Below are positions 42,601 to 53,443 of a stretch of DNA of 64,000 nt, piece after piece (position 1 is the stretch's first letter; the number at the start of each line of letters is the position of its first letter). The stretch comes from Amoebophrya sp. A120 (lineage: Eukaryota; Protista; Dinoflagellata). Where the stretch lies: positions 310,001 to 374,000 of the forward strand of contig CAJINV010000022.1 in assembly GCA_905178155.1 (NCBI GenBank), given 5' to 3'. The position numbers were made by a program, and so were the translations under genes. The notes under the pieces were generated by a model. That model saw only the letters and a list, made by a program, of their open reading frames with translations, was not told where the DNA came from and made no database searches.

Positions 42601-45326
42601 GCTGCTGTGCAGCAGCAACAGAACAACAATCTGAAACAGGAGCTGCTAACCGTGTTGTTGCAAGTGTGGCAAGCCGCGGAACAGCTGGTAGACGCGAACA
42701 GGGTGAAGTATTTGGGAATTCAGTATCCCACGGGAATCACGAATAGTGGGGAGTTGGGGAGGAGAATAGTGAAAGAGTTTTTCAACAGCGAATTATTAAA
42801 AACCCAAATCCGACACCAACCGCGAGTGGTCAAAACGGACAGCATATGAACCGCAAAAGTATCCTACTCGTATAAATGCATATACAAAATTCCTCACCAT
42901 GAGAAATAAAATTTGTAATGTGGATTTGCCTTAAGAAAAAGATTTGTAATGCAAGACTGGCAGTTATACGAATGCGATACTTTTGCACAGGATACAGCAC
43001 CAACGGACTTCACGTTTACAGCGATGCACGAGGTGGAGGTGGAGGGACGAGCAGTAGACCACCTTCGGGGCCGCAGGTGGAACAGCTCCTTGGTGACCAC
43101 GTGCAAGCAGGCGTCGAACTCCCTAGAATACAAACCATCGCCTCGAAGTTAACCTCCACGTCCTTGACTTTGCTCAGTCCGGAGTACGATCCGCACGTTG
43201 TAAAAATTTCCCAGTACAACGGACGAACCACGGCTTTCATTCTCCACCGGTGGGCGTTACAGCATGATTTGTCCGTATCCGTTGGGATGGACTTGGCGTT
43301 GAGACAGTTGACCGACAGGATTATTTCTGAAGGACATACTTCTAGTGGTGCTGGTGGTATTGGTGGCCATAATTTTGTCCATGTCGACCTAGTTCCCAGA
43401 ATGCTAACCGCCGACTTAGGCACCACTACAGTTGTTCCTGCTGCAACAGCAGAGGAAGATGTAGCATCAACCACTCCGACAGCAGAAGTTCAAGATCTCT
43501 CGTCAGAATTCGAAGACGAGCAGGGCCGGAGCATCGCCTGCAGCACACCACCGAAGGTAAAAGAGAACATCGACGACGTGGGGGGAAGGTCTGGGTTTGG
43601 AGCTGCTTCTACTAACACCTCTTCTACTCAACAATCTGATCGTACAACTGGGAAAACGCCGATAAATAAACGGAGAAAAACCACAGCAAAGAACAACACA
43701 AATCGCATATCGACCCGGCAGATGATGATGCTGGATAGTTTGTCGACTTTGGTCAGTTCTATCAAATGCAAATATGTTTCGGTCTGGACGCGTCTGAGTT
43801 TGTCATGCTAGATCTGATCGACGCAAAATTCTCTATTGCATGACAAGCAAAAGCCCCCACTTTTGGCTACCCAAAGGCAGCATTTCTGATGCGGAATAAG
43901 CATCGAGGAACCTTTTCAAAACTTCTTGTGATGCTAGAGCACGCATTCCAAACATTCTGGGTCATGCGCAACCTGCATGACAAACCTTGCGGCTTCCAGA
44001 CCCAGACATATTTGCAACGCATAAGTTCCAGTGGAACGCAAATCCGGAACTACGTGCACGGAGCAAGTTCGACGTCAAGCGATACTAGCGATCTCTTGAC
44101 CACAGGTGGCATTGGCAAAGATGAAAACGAAGACCAAAAAACCGATTATGACTTCGACCTATGAACTGCAAAAGTATCGTATTCGTAGTATTGCAATACA
44201 AATTAGCTCAGCATGACAAATGGAATTTCTCATGCTGATTTAGCTTGAAAAAGAAATTTGTCTTGCATGACTGCGATTAGTACGAGTACGATACTTTTGC
44301 ACAGCATACGACCTGTTCCAACTGAAAAAAGCCGCGACGGAGCGCAGCAACGCGGCGAACTATGGAAGTGTCAGGATTGAAATTATCGACAAAGTTAAGT
44401 AACTTGTAATGCATAGAATCGATACCACTTTTCCCCACAGTTTCTAGTCAGTGCATGACAAATTTTGTCCGTACCACAAGCCAGTTTGTCGCGCTGTTTA
44501 GGGCGATGGGGCTCCCCTCTGTCATGCTAATCAGCAGCCCAATGCCCGACCCTTACCAGCACTACAATCTGCCTCCCTCGCGTCCTCTGCAATAGAGGCA
44601 GTCTCTGCGTTGCCTTTTGTGCATGACAAACTATTTCAACTTTGAGGATTGCAATCCTGACGCTTCCATACGAGCGAGGTGGAAATCATCGAGGGCTGTA
44701 AGGAAGTTCCTCCGACTATCGTAAGGAAGAATCGCCCCTCCCCATATTGAAAACGCATCCGTCTGAAAATTTGTGATGCAGATTTGTGGCCACAAATCGC
44801 GTCTGTCTTGCAAGAAAGCAGGTCCAGTCTGTCCGCCACGTTTGCAGGCGATTTGTAATGCTGTAATGCCTAGAGGGCAGCGCAGCCGTCTACCATGCTA
44901 GGCACCTACACCAAGAGGCCCCTACTGAGGCTTGCGATCTGCGTGCAGTCCTCTACTGCAGCACAAATTTGATCTGTGTATCCAAATCTGGCATCAGAAA
45001 TTTCGTTTTGATATGGAGAGGTGGGATTTTTCCGCTTGATACCGACCGGGCCGCAAATGCAGCGATTGGGGATAGAGCAGATGAAAGTGCAGCAGCAGAT
45101 AGACACTAAACCAATCCCGGTCACTCCCTATACGAGGAATGTCGGGAGAGACTGCTGGGCGAAGCTCTGGGTCCATGTGGGTTGCTTGGAAGCGACGGTG
45201 CCAAATTACACGGATTGGCACGCGGAGCAGAGCTACCTGGCGCTGCTGCAGGACGCGGGGAATTGGGCAACGCTGGAGGATGAGACGCATCGGAAGACCT
45301 GTTATGGGAAAGCGATGGGGAGGTAG
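36638..45326 (+). CDS. Membrane-anchored multidomain protein: AspH-like beta-helix region, Cys/Trp domain, aldo-keto-reductase-like domain, second Cys/Trp domain; 14 exons, 13 TIR introns
   Basis: Continuous frame after removing 13 elements (+5 nt each). TM segment FVVYLAATCFFVVCALHLLL. AspH-like LTVGD..GKPVVFDSTVPH..LRVDL. AKR-like GYRRLDV, VWQAAEQLVDANRVKYLGI, TTAFILHRWALQ. Start codon uncertain. Confidence 0.72.
38376..38641. mobile_element. TIR introner family A
   Basis: Family A TIRs; direct repeat CGATC. Confidence 0.9.
38699..38950. mobile_element. TIR introner family A
   Basis: Family A TIRs; direct repeat TCAAT. Confidence 0.9.
39058..39325 (-). mobile_element. TIR introner family A, inverted relative to the 38376 copy
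   Basis: Direct repeat ATACC. Interior TCATGCCTATCCTGCATGAGAAA is the near reverse complement of the 38376 interior. Confidence 0.88.
39376..39515. mobile_element. TIR introner family B
   Basis: Family B TIRs; direct repeat CAGCA. Confidence 0.9.
39825..40085. mobile_element. TIR introner family A
   Basis: Starts TAC; direct repeat TGCAG; joins SGLQ|EDARQW. Confidence 0.9.
40314..40455. mobile_element. TIR introner family B
   Basis: TATCCTGTGCAAAAGTATCGTACTCGTA with an exact inverted copy; direct repeat GATCC. Confidence 0.92.
40608..40873. mobile_element. TIR introner family A
   Basis: Family A TIRs; direct repeat TGTTG. Confidence 0.9.
41575..41840. mobile_element. TIR introner family A
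   Basis: Direct repeat CAACT; right end ACA variant. Confidence 0.88.
42845..42994. mobile_element. TIR introner family B
   Basis: Family B TIRs; direct repeat CAGCA. Confidence 0.9.
43760..44023. mobile_element. TIR introner family A
   Basis: Family A TIRs; direct repeat AGTTC. Confidence 0.9.
44160..44308. mobile_element. TIR introner family B
   Basis: Family B TIRs; direct repeat CGACC. Confidence 0.9.
44361..44670. mobile_element. TIR introner family G
   Basis: TATGGAAGTGTCAGGATTG/CAATCCTGACGCTTCCATA; flanks CGAAC/CGAGC. Confidence 0.88.
44717..45041 (+). mobile_element. TIR introner family D, orientation 1
   Basis: Family D TIRs; direct repeat CCGAC. Confidence 0.88.
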
Positions 45327-45959
45327 AAGTTGACCGTCGTAGGCTCTGGCAGCAGTGGTGAGAGTAATACAACAGTTGTTCCCGCTCTTGCTCTAGTAGT
45401 TTGGTCCTCAACTTTTTCAGAATCTTCTTCTACACGACCGGAGAGGGAGACGATCTTACAAAATTAACAATCTACTGCGCACGCATAATTCTTGATATTA
45501 GTCACACCAGTCTGTAGCGAAATAAAAGCGACATGCTCAAATGAACAATCCGGTCGCTGTTCTTGTTGGTCTAGCGTTTCTAGAGTCAAACGAAGATGAT
45601 GACCACGCTGGTGCTGTCTTTAAACTTGTGAGAGCGATATTTGAAGACGCAGCGTCCCTAGCGGAACAGCTTCAGGTATGAGGAAAAGCGATGCTGTTGC
45701 GTAATGTTTTTGTAGTGCGTGTGCGAGGCTAGGCCACGGTGTTGATCTCTGCATAGATGTTGAGTGAACGTTTTTACGACCACCACGAGCGCAGTTGAGA
45801 TTTATATACTCTGAGTTAGAATCAACTTGACCTTGACGTTATTCATTGCACCTTTACAAGAAGAACCCTAAACCATAAACCCTTTCGTTAGCATAAGTGA
45901 TGGATCACATCGCGTCCGTTTCTGTTGCAGCCGTTTTTTAAATTCAATCTCACAACAAG

Positions 45960-48091
45960 ATGATTCTCGAGCTTGTGGTTTTTCGTTTTCCCCTTCTCCT
46001 CCTCTCGATTTGGACGGGAAGGTGCTTGGCAGCCGCAGCGGCCGACAGTAAGAAGCCCGATGAACATGAAAGCACTACGGCTGCTGGGTCAACAACATCC
46101 TCCAATTCGTGGTGGCCCTTCGAACGGCCGCAGTTCGTGCAAAAGGCGATGGAGCGGTACCCTCATGTTGCCCCGATGCGCAACATCATCGGCAGCGATC
46201 CCGATCCGTTTCAGTGCCCCGGCACCGCGTGGAGGGCCCGGGCCTTTCACGCGAAATGTCGACTGAGCATCACAATCTCTCCGGCCGACTTCTCGGAGGC
46301 CAAGCTCGGAGGGTGCAGGGCGGTTGCGGAGGAGATCCTGAGTCGCGTGCATCCGGCGACTGATCAGGACCGAGCATGGAAGGATCCGCACAACCTCGGC
46401 AAGTACGAGTTTGCAGACGACGAAGCGAAAACGGAATTCATCGGTACCTTCAACGATCCTGCCGACCAGAAGTTGCAGCCCTTGACGGCAAAACCGTGGG
46501 TGATGCGGTTGAAGCGAACGACAAATTTGCACGATAAAACCGGCGGGAGGCTTGCGGATGCCAAGCAGTACACAGACAAGATCAATCTTGTCTTTGTCAG
46601 CCATGGCGTTGGTACGGATTACTGCACAATCTCGGGCTGCTCCGAATCCCAAGTATTTTCCATCCTAGATCAGTCAACGAACTACTGCAACCTGCGAAAT
46701 CTGGTCTGTTACGCATGTTTGCAAAAGTACCGCGAAAGCTCGTAGGGAAGTGATGGTGCTGGTTTTACTGACAGTAAGGCAGAAGGCAACTACAACAATG
46801 AACCTGACATCAGGCTTTGACGTAATTATAAGCAACGAATGATGTATACTAAAATGGAAACGATGCTGTTGATGCGCAAAACTGGCATGCTGCACCTCCT
46901 GTGTAGTTGGGCTACTACGTAAGATTGTATGCAGTACAGAAATTGGAATAATTGAAAAAATACATACGACTACGGTACTTTTTTGAATGATATCTGTGGC
47001 GAAAAGGACAAGTGTCCTTATGTGAAGCATTCCTTCAGCAACATCGATTGGGGATTGGACGAGGAGGGCAAAGAAAGCTGCACGCAACACGATGCGACGA
47101 TGTGCATTTCAGGTAGAACAACCGATGCATAGTGTGATGTGGAAACTCTAATTTAATCGGAGATAGAAGTTTTTTTTTTTCCGGATACCTACAGAAGATC
47201 TTGAGATGAGAAGTCTGAAAAATGTTCGTTTGTGTTATGCTTATGTAAATTGCAAAAAAAATGCATCTTCAGGCAAGTATTTGGAGGAGCTGGAGGGGGA
47301 TCATCATCATTCAAACTCAAAGACGTATCCTGTGCAAAAGTATCGTACTCGTAGGAAAAATTGCAGTCATGCATTACAAATGCAAATCTTTTCCTCAAAG
47401 CAAATCCGCATTACAAATTTTATTTCTCATGCTAAGGAAATAATTTGTAATGCATTTATACGACGAGTGCGATACTTCTGCAATTTATAAGGAGGCCGAC
47501 GCAGCAAGATCACTGGAGGAACAGGTGATAGGGGAGGGCACACACGACGACGACGAGGTGGACCAACACCAAGTTGCGGCGAAGCAGGAAGATGAAAAAG
47601 AAGCCCGCGATGAAGAACCAGCAGGCGATGATCATGATGGAAATACACAACATCAACATGCACCAGCGCCAACCGATGATGGAGACAAGGGAGTAGATCC
47701 GGATCAGGAGCAGGAGGCCCAAGCGGAATCAAAGTCGGAAAGGAAGAGAAGGAAAAAGGCGGAAAAAAAGGCCGCGGCGGGGAAAAGCCAGCACTCGAAG
47801 AGTCGCAGAAGCAAGCACCGAAAGCACAAGAAAGAGAACAAGCAGGATGACAAGCAACAAGGAGAACCCGAGACCACCACCTCTTCCAGTACCCTCGAGC
47901 TGCTTGACGACGGTTCCTCGCACTACATCCCAGATGGAGCCGCCGATGAGGAGGTACAACCACATGAAAACGAGCAAGACCCAACTCCCCTGTCGGACGA
48001 GCCACCAGCAGCCTTCAAGCAAGTGAGGAGCGGGGAGAAAGACGAGGAGGAGGACGGCGGGAAGGACTCGGATTTGGAGTTTCTCGAGTGA
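45960..48091 (+). CDS. Secreted Cys-rich protein with acidic/Lys-rich tail, paralog 1 (2 TIR introns, 1 GT-AG intron)
   Basis: Signal-peptide-like N-terminus. Motifs CPG..HAKC, WKDPHN, YTDK, CSESQVFS.LD.STNYCNLRNLVC. Exons 45960-46709, 46998-47112, 47273-47325, 47495-48091. Confidence 0.78.
46710..46992. mobile_element. Divergent B-like TIR introner
   Basis: TAC..AAAAGTACCG/CGGTACTTTT..ATA; direct repeat TCTGT; joins LVC|GEKDKC. Confidence 0.8.
47113..47272 (+). other. Canonical GT-AG intron with TTCAGG at both junctions
   Basis: TTCAG|GTAG...TTCAG|GC; frame CIS|GKYL. Absent in the paralog. Confidence 0.65.
47326..47489. mobile_element. TIR introner family B
   Basis: Family B TIRs; flanks AGACG/AGGAG; frame restored. 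Confidence 0.85.
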
Positions 48092-48638
48092 GGAACGGCA
48101 TGTGACTCGCAAGCGAAGGGCTTTGCAACTGAATTTGAATTTGTGCTCCACCGGCTTCTGTTGTTATCATGGAGTTTGCTTCGAAAGCGAAACGCACACT
48201 CGTGTTTTTTTCAAATTCAACTTGAAAAAGTAATTACTCCCCGGAGAGATCCCTTTTTTTCGTAATTGATTGTGTTGGCACGAGTGCACCGTGTTCATCT
48301 TCAAGAATTCGTAATAATGCTTGTAGTTAGAAGTGTCTCCCTAGAAGCTTACTGAGCAACGTGCACCACTGGTGTCACGGAAAACACCAAACTATCCTGT
48401 GGTGGAGCTTTTGCTTTTATCCTGGTATTAGAATTCCGCCACACTCACTTCGAAACACAACAAGTTGAGAGACGGAGAGATGAATTATGTATGAGCGCGA
48501 CTTGTTTGAGTTTCTGACTCTGACAGTGATGTTGGTTGCACGCCGTAGTTCGTACTACTATGGGCCTGATGATTCATTTTTAATTTTTTATTGAAGTCAG
48601 TGTGGTCGAGACTGATTTTTCCTCCGAAATTTTTTTAT

Positions 48639-51600
48639 ATGATGTTGAGCTTGGACCATCTCCTTCTGCCTCGACGTATGTCGGCAGCTGTCTCTCCGTC
48701 GGCATCGGCATTTCGATGGAAATGGTGTTGTCGCCAGCTTTTCCTGCTCTCGTTCTTGACAACGAGATTTTGCCATGCGGTTGAGGGAAGCGAGGAGTCC
48801 CCCGAGCCGGTCGGAGAAACCGCGAAGAGCAGCCACGATGCCAATGCCGCCCCCGCGAACCCCCCGTCGACTACCAATATTAAACAGCAACCGAAATCCC
48901 TTTCCCAAAAATTCACCGCAAAACTCAACTACATTACCGAGCGCTACCCCCACGTCGCGCCATTTTCCAGTGCGAAGGAGCAGTGGCTGCGGGGCGATCC
49001 TGCGCCTTTTCGGTGCCCCGGCGTTCCGAAAGCGGCGACGTTCAAAGCGAAGTATTTGTTGGAAAAGCATCGCACTGCTAGGATAAGTTGCAGTTGTCAT
49101 GCATGACAGATCCGCATGCGCATGCTTGCTTGAATCAGAATCCGCATGAGAGACTCCATTTTCCTTTCTTTTTTAGCGTATAAGTTGTCTTGCAACTACT
49201 TTTAAGTACTAGTAGGATGCTTTTCCAATGCATACCAGGCTGCTGCATGCGAAATGTCGGCTGACGATGGACATTGAGGTCGATGGCGAATCAGAGGCAG
49301 AACAGCCTAGCGCAGGCGAGGAAGTATGCATTGCAAAAGAACAAGAAGTATCGTACGTACTAGAAGAAATCGCGTGGCAACATATTTCACGAAGATGACA
49401 ACTGGGGTTTGTCATGCATCGCCAGGTAAGATAGAAGGCGAATCTGTCACGCATGACTGCGATTTTACGAGCGCGATACATTTCCATTTGCAATGCATAG
49501 GAAGAAGGACCTGACAAGAGAAGTGCCGGAGGCAGTAGTTGCGCAAAAGTGGCCCAGGAGATCATCGCGCGGGTACGCGGCGAAAAGAATAAAGAAAAAA
49601 AGAAATGGCAGGATCCGCACAACGGCGGGAAATACGCGGTGGCGGACGAGGAAGTATGAATTGCAAAGCTACGTATCGTGCTTGTAGTCTTACATTTACC
49701 ATTTTTCTTAGCTGCATGACGCATGGATGATGAATTGGGCACGCTGATTTATCTTGGCAAGTAGATTTGTCATTGGCATGGTGCATGATTGTGATTGCAA
49801 CTACGAGCGAGATTTTGCTTTTCCGATGCATAGACACTACCAATTGTGAACGTGTTCGACCTCGGGAGCAAGAGCAAGAAGGTGCTAAAGAAACTGGGAG
49901 CAAAACCCCCACCGACGAAGGACAAACCTTGGATCATACGGGTGCAACGGATGACAAACATGAAAGACCCAGCCGGAGAGCCACTGCCGGCGGAAAAGCA
50001 GTACACGGACAAAGTGAGCCTGGTTCTGGTCGACGGGGGATCATCCCCTGGCAAGTGTAAAGTGTTCGGCTGCTCTATGGAACTGTCAGGATCGAAATCG
50101 GCAAAGTTGAGATGATTTATCATGCATAAAATGGATGCCGGTTGTAACCCAGTTTCCAAGTGACGCGTGACAAATCTGGGTAGAGCCGAAATCCTGTCTG
50201 TCATGCTGTTTGGGTAAGGAAGACGCCATTTTTCATGCTACTTTAGCAGCTCCATTTCTGCCCCTCAACAGGCTTACAATCTGTCTCACTTGCCTACTCT
50301 GCAAGACAGGCACTTTGTGGGTTGTGTTTTATGCGTGACGACCTTTTTCAACTTTGACGATTTCGATCCTGACAGTTCCATATGCTCCGAATCCCAAGTT
50401 TTCTCCATGTTGGACGGGTCGACCAACTACTGCAACCTGCGGAATCTGGTATGCTATTCGATGGTGCAAAAGTTGGAGAGATATCGCATATTTTGCTTGT
50501 GGTTGGATGAAGGTGGAGTAGAACTGCAAGAAGAGCCTAACTTGCAGTGCGCAAGAAGTAGATTTCTTTGCAGATACCAGCGGCACTACGATGTATGCAA
50601 ACACGGTTTTGACCACTACACTCATCGATATCATCAACTTTTGCAAACCGCCTGTATAACTCCGGCGCAGCGGACGGCTGTCCGTTTGTGCACCATTCCT
50701 TCGCGAAGGTCACCTCGAACCCCGACGGTAAGGACCAGCGCTGCACACAACACGATAACGCTATGTGCAACACGGGACCAGCCGCTCTACAACTTCCTAA
50801 GGCACCGGCGGAGGAGGAGGCAGTAGAAGCAAAGGACAGTGGCGGCGAGAAGGCGGAGGAGGATGTAGATGCTAACGCAGACCACGGCGATGTTCAAGAT
50901 GAGCAGGGGCGGGACGGTACAAAAACAGAAGAGAATGCAGATGCAGACGAGCCCCAACCTGAAGTGCAAGATGAACAGGATGAAAAAGTGGACGAAGCGG
51001 AAGCGCCAGGGGCTCCTTCTGGTGAAACAGCTGCAGAAGATGCTGATGAAGCAATGGACTCGGTGGCGAAAGAAGTAGATGCGGGTAAGCCAGAGAAGAA
51101 ATCGTCGAAAAAGGAAAAAGACAAAGCGAAGGACAAGGACAAGGACAAAACGAAAGACAAGGACAACGAAATTAAAGTGAAAGAGAAGGACACAGCGAAA
51201 GACAAGGACAAGGACAACAAAGCGAAAGACAAGGACAAAGACATCAAAGCGAAAGACAAGGATAAATCGAAGGACAGCAGGAAATCTTCAAAATCAAAAA
51301 AGCCGATGTCCTCCAGGACCACTACCATCGAAGGCAAAAAACCTGCGGAAGATGCAGATGCGGGCGCAGACGAGCCCGCGCCTGAAGTGAAAGAACAAAA
51401 GGAGGACGAAGCGCAAGCTGTAGCTGCTTCTGGTGAACAAGGAGCAGAAGATGCTACTGACGCAAAGGACTCGGCGGCGAAAGACGATGTAGGTAACACG
51501 GCGGCGAAAGACGATGTAGGTAACACGGCGGCGAAAGAAGATGCGGGTAAGCCAGAGAAGAAGTCGAAAAAGGACAAGGACAGAGCGAAAGTAGACAAGG

Positions 51601-51911
51601 ACAAGAACGACAAAGAGAAAGACAGTGACATCAAAGCGAAAGACAATGACATCAAAGCGAAAGAGAAGGACAAAGCGAAGGACAGGAAATCTTCAAAGCC
51701 AAAAAAGCCGACGTCCTCCAGCACCCTCGAGGTCTTCGACGACGGGTCCTCCTCGCACTTCTACCCTCCGGAACCAGATGGACTGGCGGATGAGGAAGTG
51801 GAGACGCATGACAACGGGGAAACCTCCGCTCGTCAGCCACCAGAGGCCGTGAGACTAAAGGGAAAAGATCGAGAGGAAGATGGAAACTTGGAATTTCTCG
51901 ATAAGAGGTGA
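48639..51911 (+). CDS. Secreted Cys-rich protein with long Lys/Asp-rich tail, paralog 2 (5 TIR introns)
   Basis: Same motifs as the 45960 gene (ERYPHVAP, CPG, HAKCRL, WQDPHN, KQYTDK, GCSESQVFS, STNYCNLRNLVC, C-terminal LEFL). Exons 48639-49052, 49240-49324, 49505-49654, 49838-50075, 50388-50454, 50664-51911. Confidence 0.78.
49053..49234. mobile_element. B-like TIR introner
   Basis: TTGGAAAAGCATC/GATGCTTTTCCAA with TAT..ATA ends; flanks CGAAG/CCAGG. Confidence 0.8.
49325..49499. mobile_element. B-like TIR introner
   Basis: TATGCATTGCAAA/TTTGCAATGCATA; direct repeat GGAAG. Confidence 0.87.
49655..49832. mobile_element. Degenerate B-like TIR introner
   Basis: TATGAATTG..CGATGCATA; flanks GGAAG/GACAC decayed; removing element+5 nt restores the frame. 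Confidence 0.7.
50076..50382. mobile_element. TIR introner family G; empty site in the paralog
   Basis: TATGGAACTGTCAGGATCGAAATCG with an exact inverted copy; direct repeat TGCTC. Paralog reads GGCTGCTCCGAATCC uninterrupted near 46635. Confidence 0.93.
50455..50658. mobile_element. Old degenerate TIR introner at the same codon position as 46710-46992
   Basis: TGCAAAAGTTG/CAACTTTTGCA; flanks TATGC/ACTCC; joins LVC|GAADGC. Confidence 0.7.
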
Positions 51912-53250
51912 TCATGGGTTCCTTTCACCGTCCTGTCTAGTGAGGCTGACTACTTAAGTTGAGGCTGACCTCCACAACCTAGTTCCATTTCTCGAGCAGC
52001 GCACTCGGTAGGTTCAAAATCCTCACAAGATGCGTACCTTGGATGAAGAGGTACGGTTAGTTTTCTTGAAATCAACGACAACGTCTGAAGAAGTTTAAAA
52101 TTGAATGCGCATAATTGATGCAAAACTCCCTACGAGGAGGGTAAGATTGGGAAACACCTCGCGTTTACTTCTGTTGCAGGTACCTGTAACGAGTTATCAT
52201 GTGGATCAGACAGATTCATCCCGTCAGATACGACGAACATGCACCTAGCTGGTCCTCCAGAGCCACTCCCAGGTATAGATTTAGTCAGATGATGACGCCA
52301 CCAGAGACGGATCTTCTACTAAACTTCTCTTTTGATTTGTTGTGATGGAAGATCAAGATCCTAAGCTCCTTTCGTGAGTCAGCAACGCCTCGCTCCTGGT
52401 CTTGGCGAGGGTGAAAGTACGATCTTCTGCCTTTGTTTCCTTCCCTTTCGCTTTCACGTAGTAGAGGCACAGTACAAGACCTTCTAGACCAATGAGGCGG
52501 ACGAACAGGCGGACTCGCTCTAGTAGCGCGCTGATCCACCGGCACCCTTGGAAAGAAAGAGGAATAGCAGTTTTACCAGAGAAGAGACCTGACTTTATTA
52601 GCTCGCGAACAACTAAAGCACATCGTGTAAACGAAAGAAAGTCGTCTTTTTTATAGAGGAAGATGGAAACTTGGAATTTCTCGATAAGAGGTGATCATGC
52701 TGGGGTGTTTTCATCGTCCTGTTTGGGGCCGTTGACTAAGTTATCTTGGACCACTACTATGTATACTGACTTTATTCCACTTTCATTTCTCGAGCAACGC
52801 ACTTGGTATGTTCAAAATCCTGCGCATAATTATTGAACACCGCGTCTACTTCTGTTGCGGGTGCCTGTACCGAGTTACCATGTGGATCAGGCAGATTCAT
52901 CCTATCAGACACGATGCACCTGCAACTAGGTCGCGGTCGTCCAGAGCCACTACCAGGTCTACATTTAGTCAGATGATGAGGTCGCCACCAGATCTAATTC
53001 TCTTTTGTGCTGATGGAAGATCAAGATCCTAAGCTCCTTACGTGAGTCAGAAACGCCTCGCTCCTGTTCTTGGCGAGGGTGCAAGTACGATCTTCTGGTT
53101 TTGTTTCCTTATCCTTCCCTTTAACGTAGACCTTCTAGACCAACAATGTGGAGGAGCAGGCGGACTAGCTCCAGTGGCGTGTTGATTGATCCATCGGCAC
53201 CCTCAGACAGAAAGGGAAATACCACGTATCGAAGAAGAGACCTGATTTGA
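51872..53250 (+). repeat. Diverged tandem duplication of a gene 3' end and its downstream region
   Basis: AGAGGAAGATGGAAACTTGGAATTTCTCGATAAGAGGTGATCATG at ~51872 and ~52656, followed by colinear similarity. Confidence 0.85.
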
Positions 53251-53443
53251 TTAGCTACTGAACAAGAACAAAAAGAATATGTTATAGGCACGAAACGAAA
53301 GAAAGAAGTTGTCTTTTTTATCCTCGCGTATAACTCATCATTCATGTTGGAGATACGAAAAATGTCAATCTGAACTTCCCTCTCCCTTCGTTCGTTTCTC
53401 ATTGTCAAGATTTTTGAATAACAACATCAACTTGAAAAACAAA

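Noticed and set aside
38376-45041. Recurring GTCTGGGTCTGGAA and AAAAGTATCGTACTCGTA repeats as a CRISPR array
   Set aside because: They occur as inverted pairs with irregular spacing, flank conserved interiors and separate eukaryotic exons. No cas genes are present.
50894-51724. Minus-strand Ser/Leu/Phe-rich ORFs opposite the + strand genes
   Set aside because: Antisense shadows of low-complexity coding sequence.
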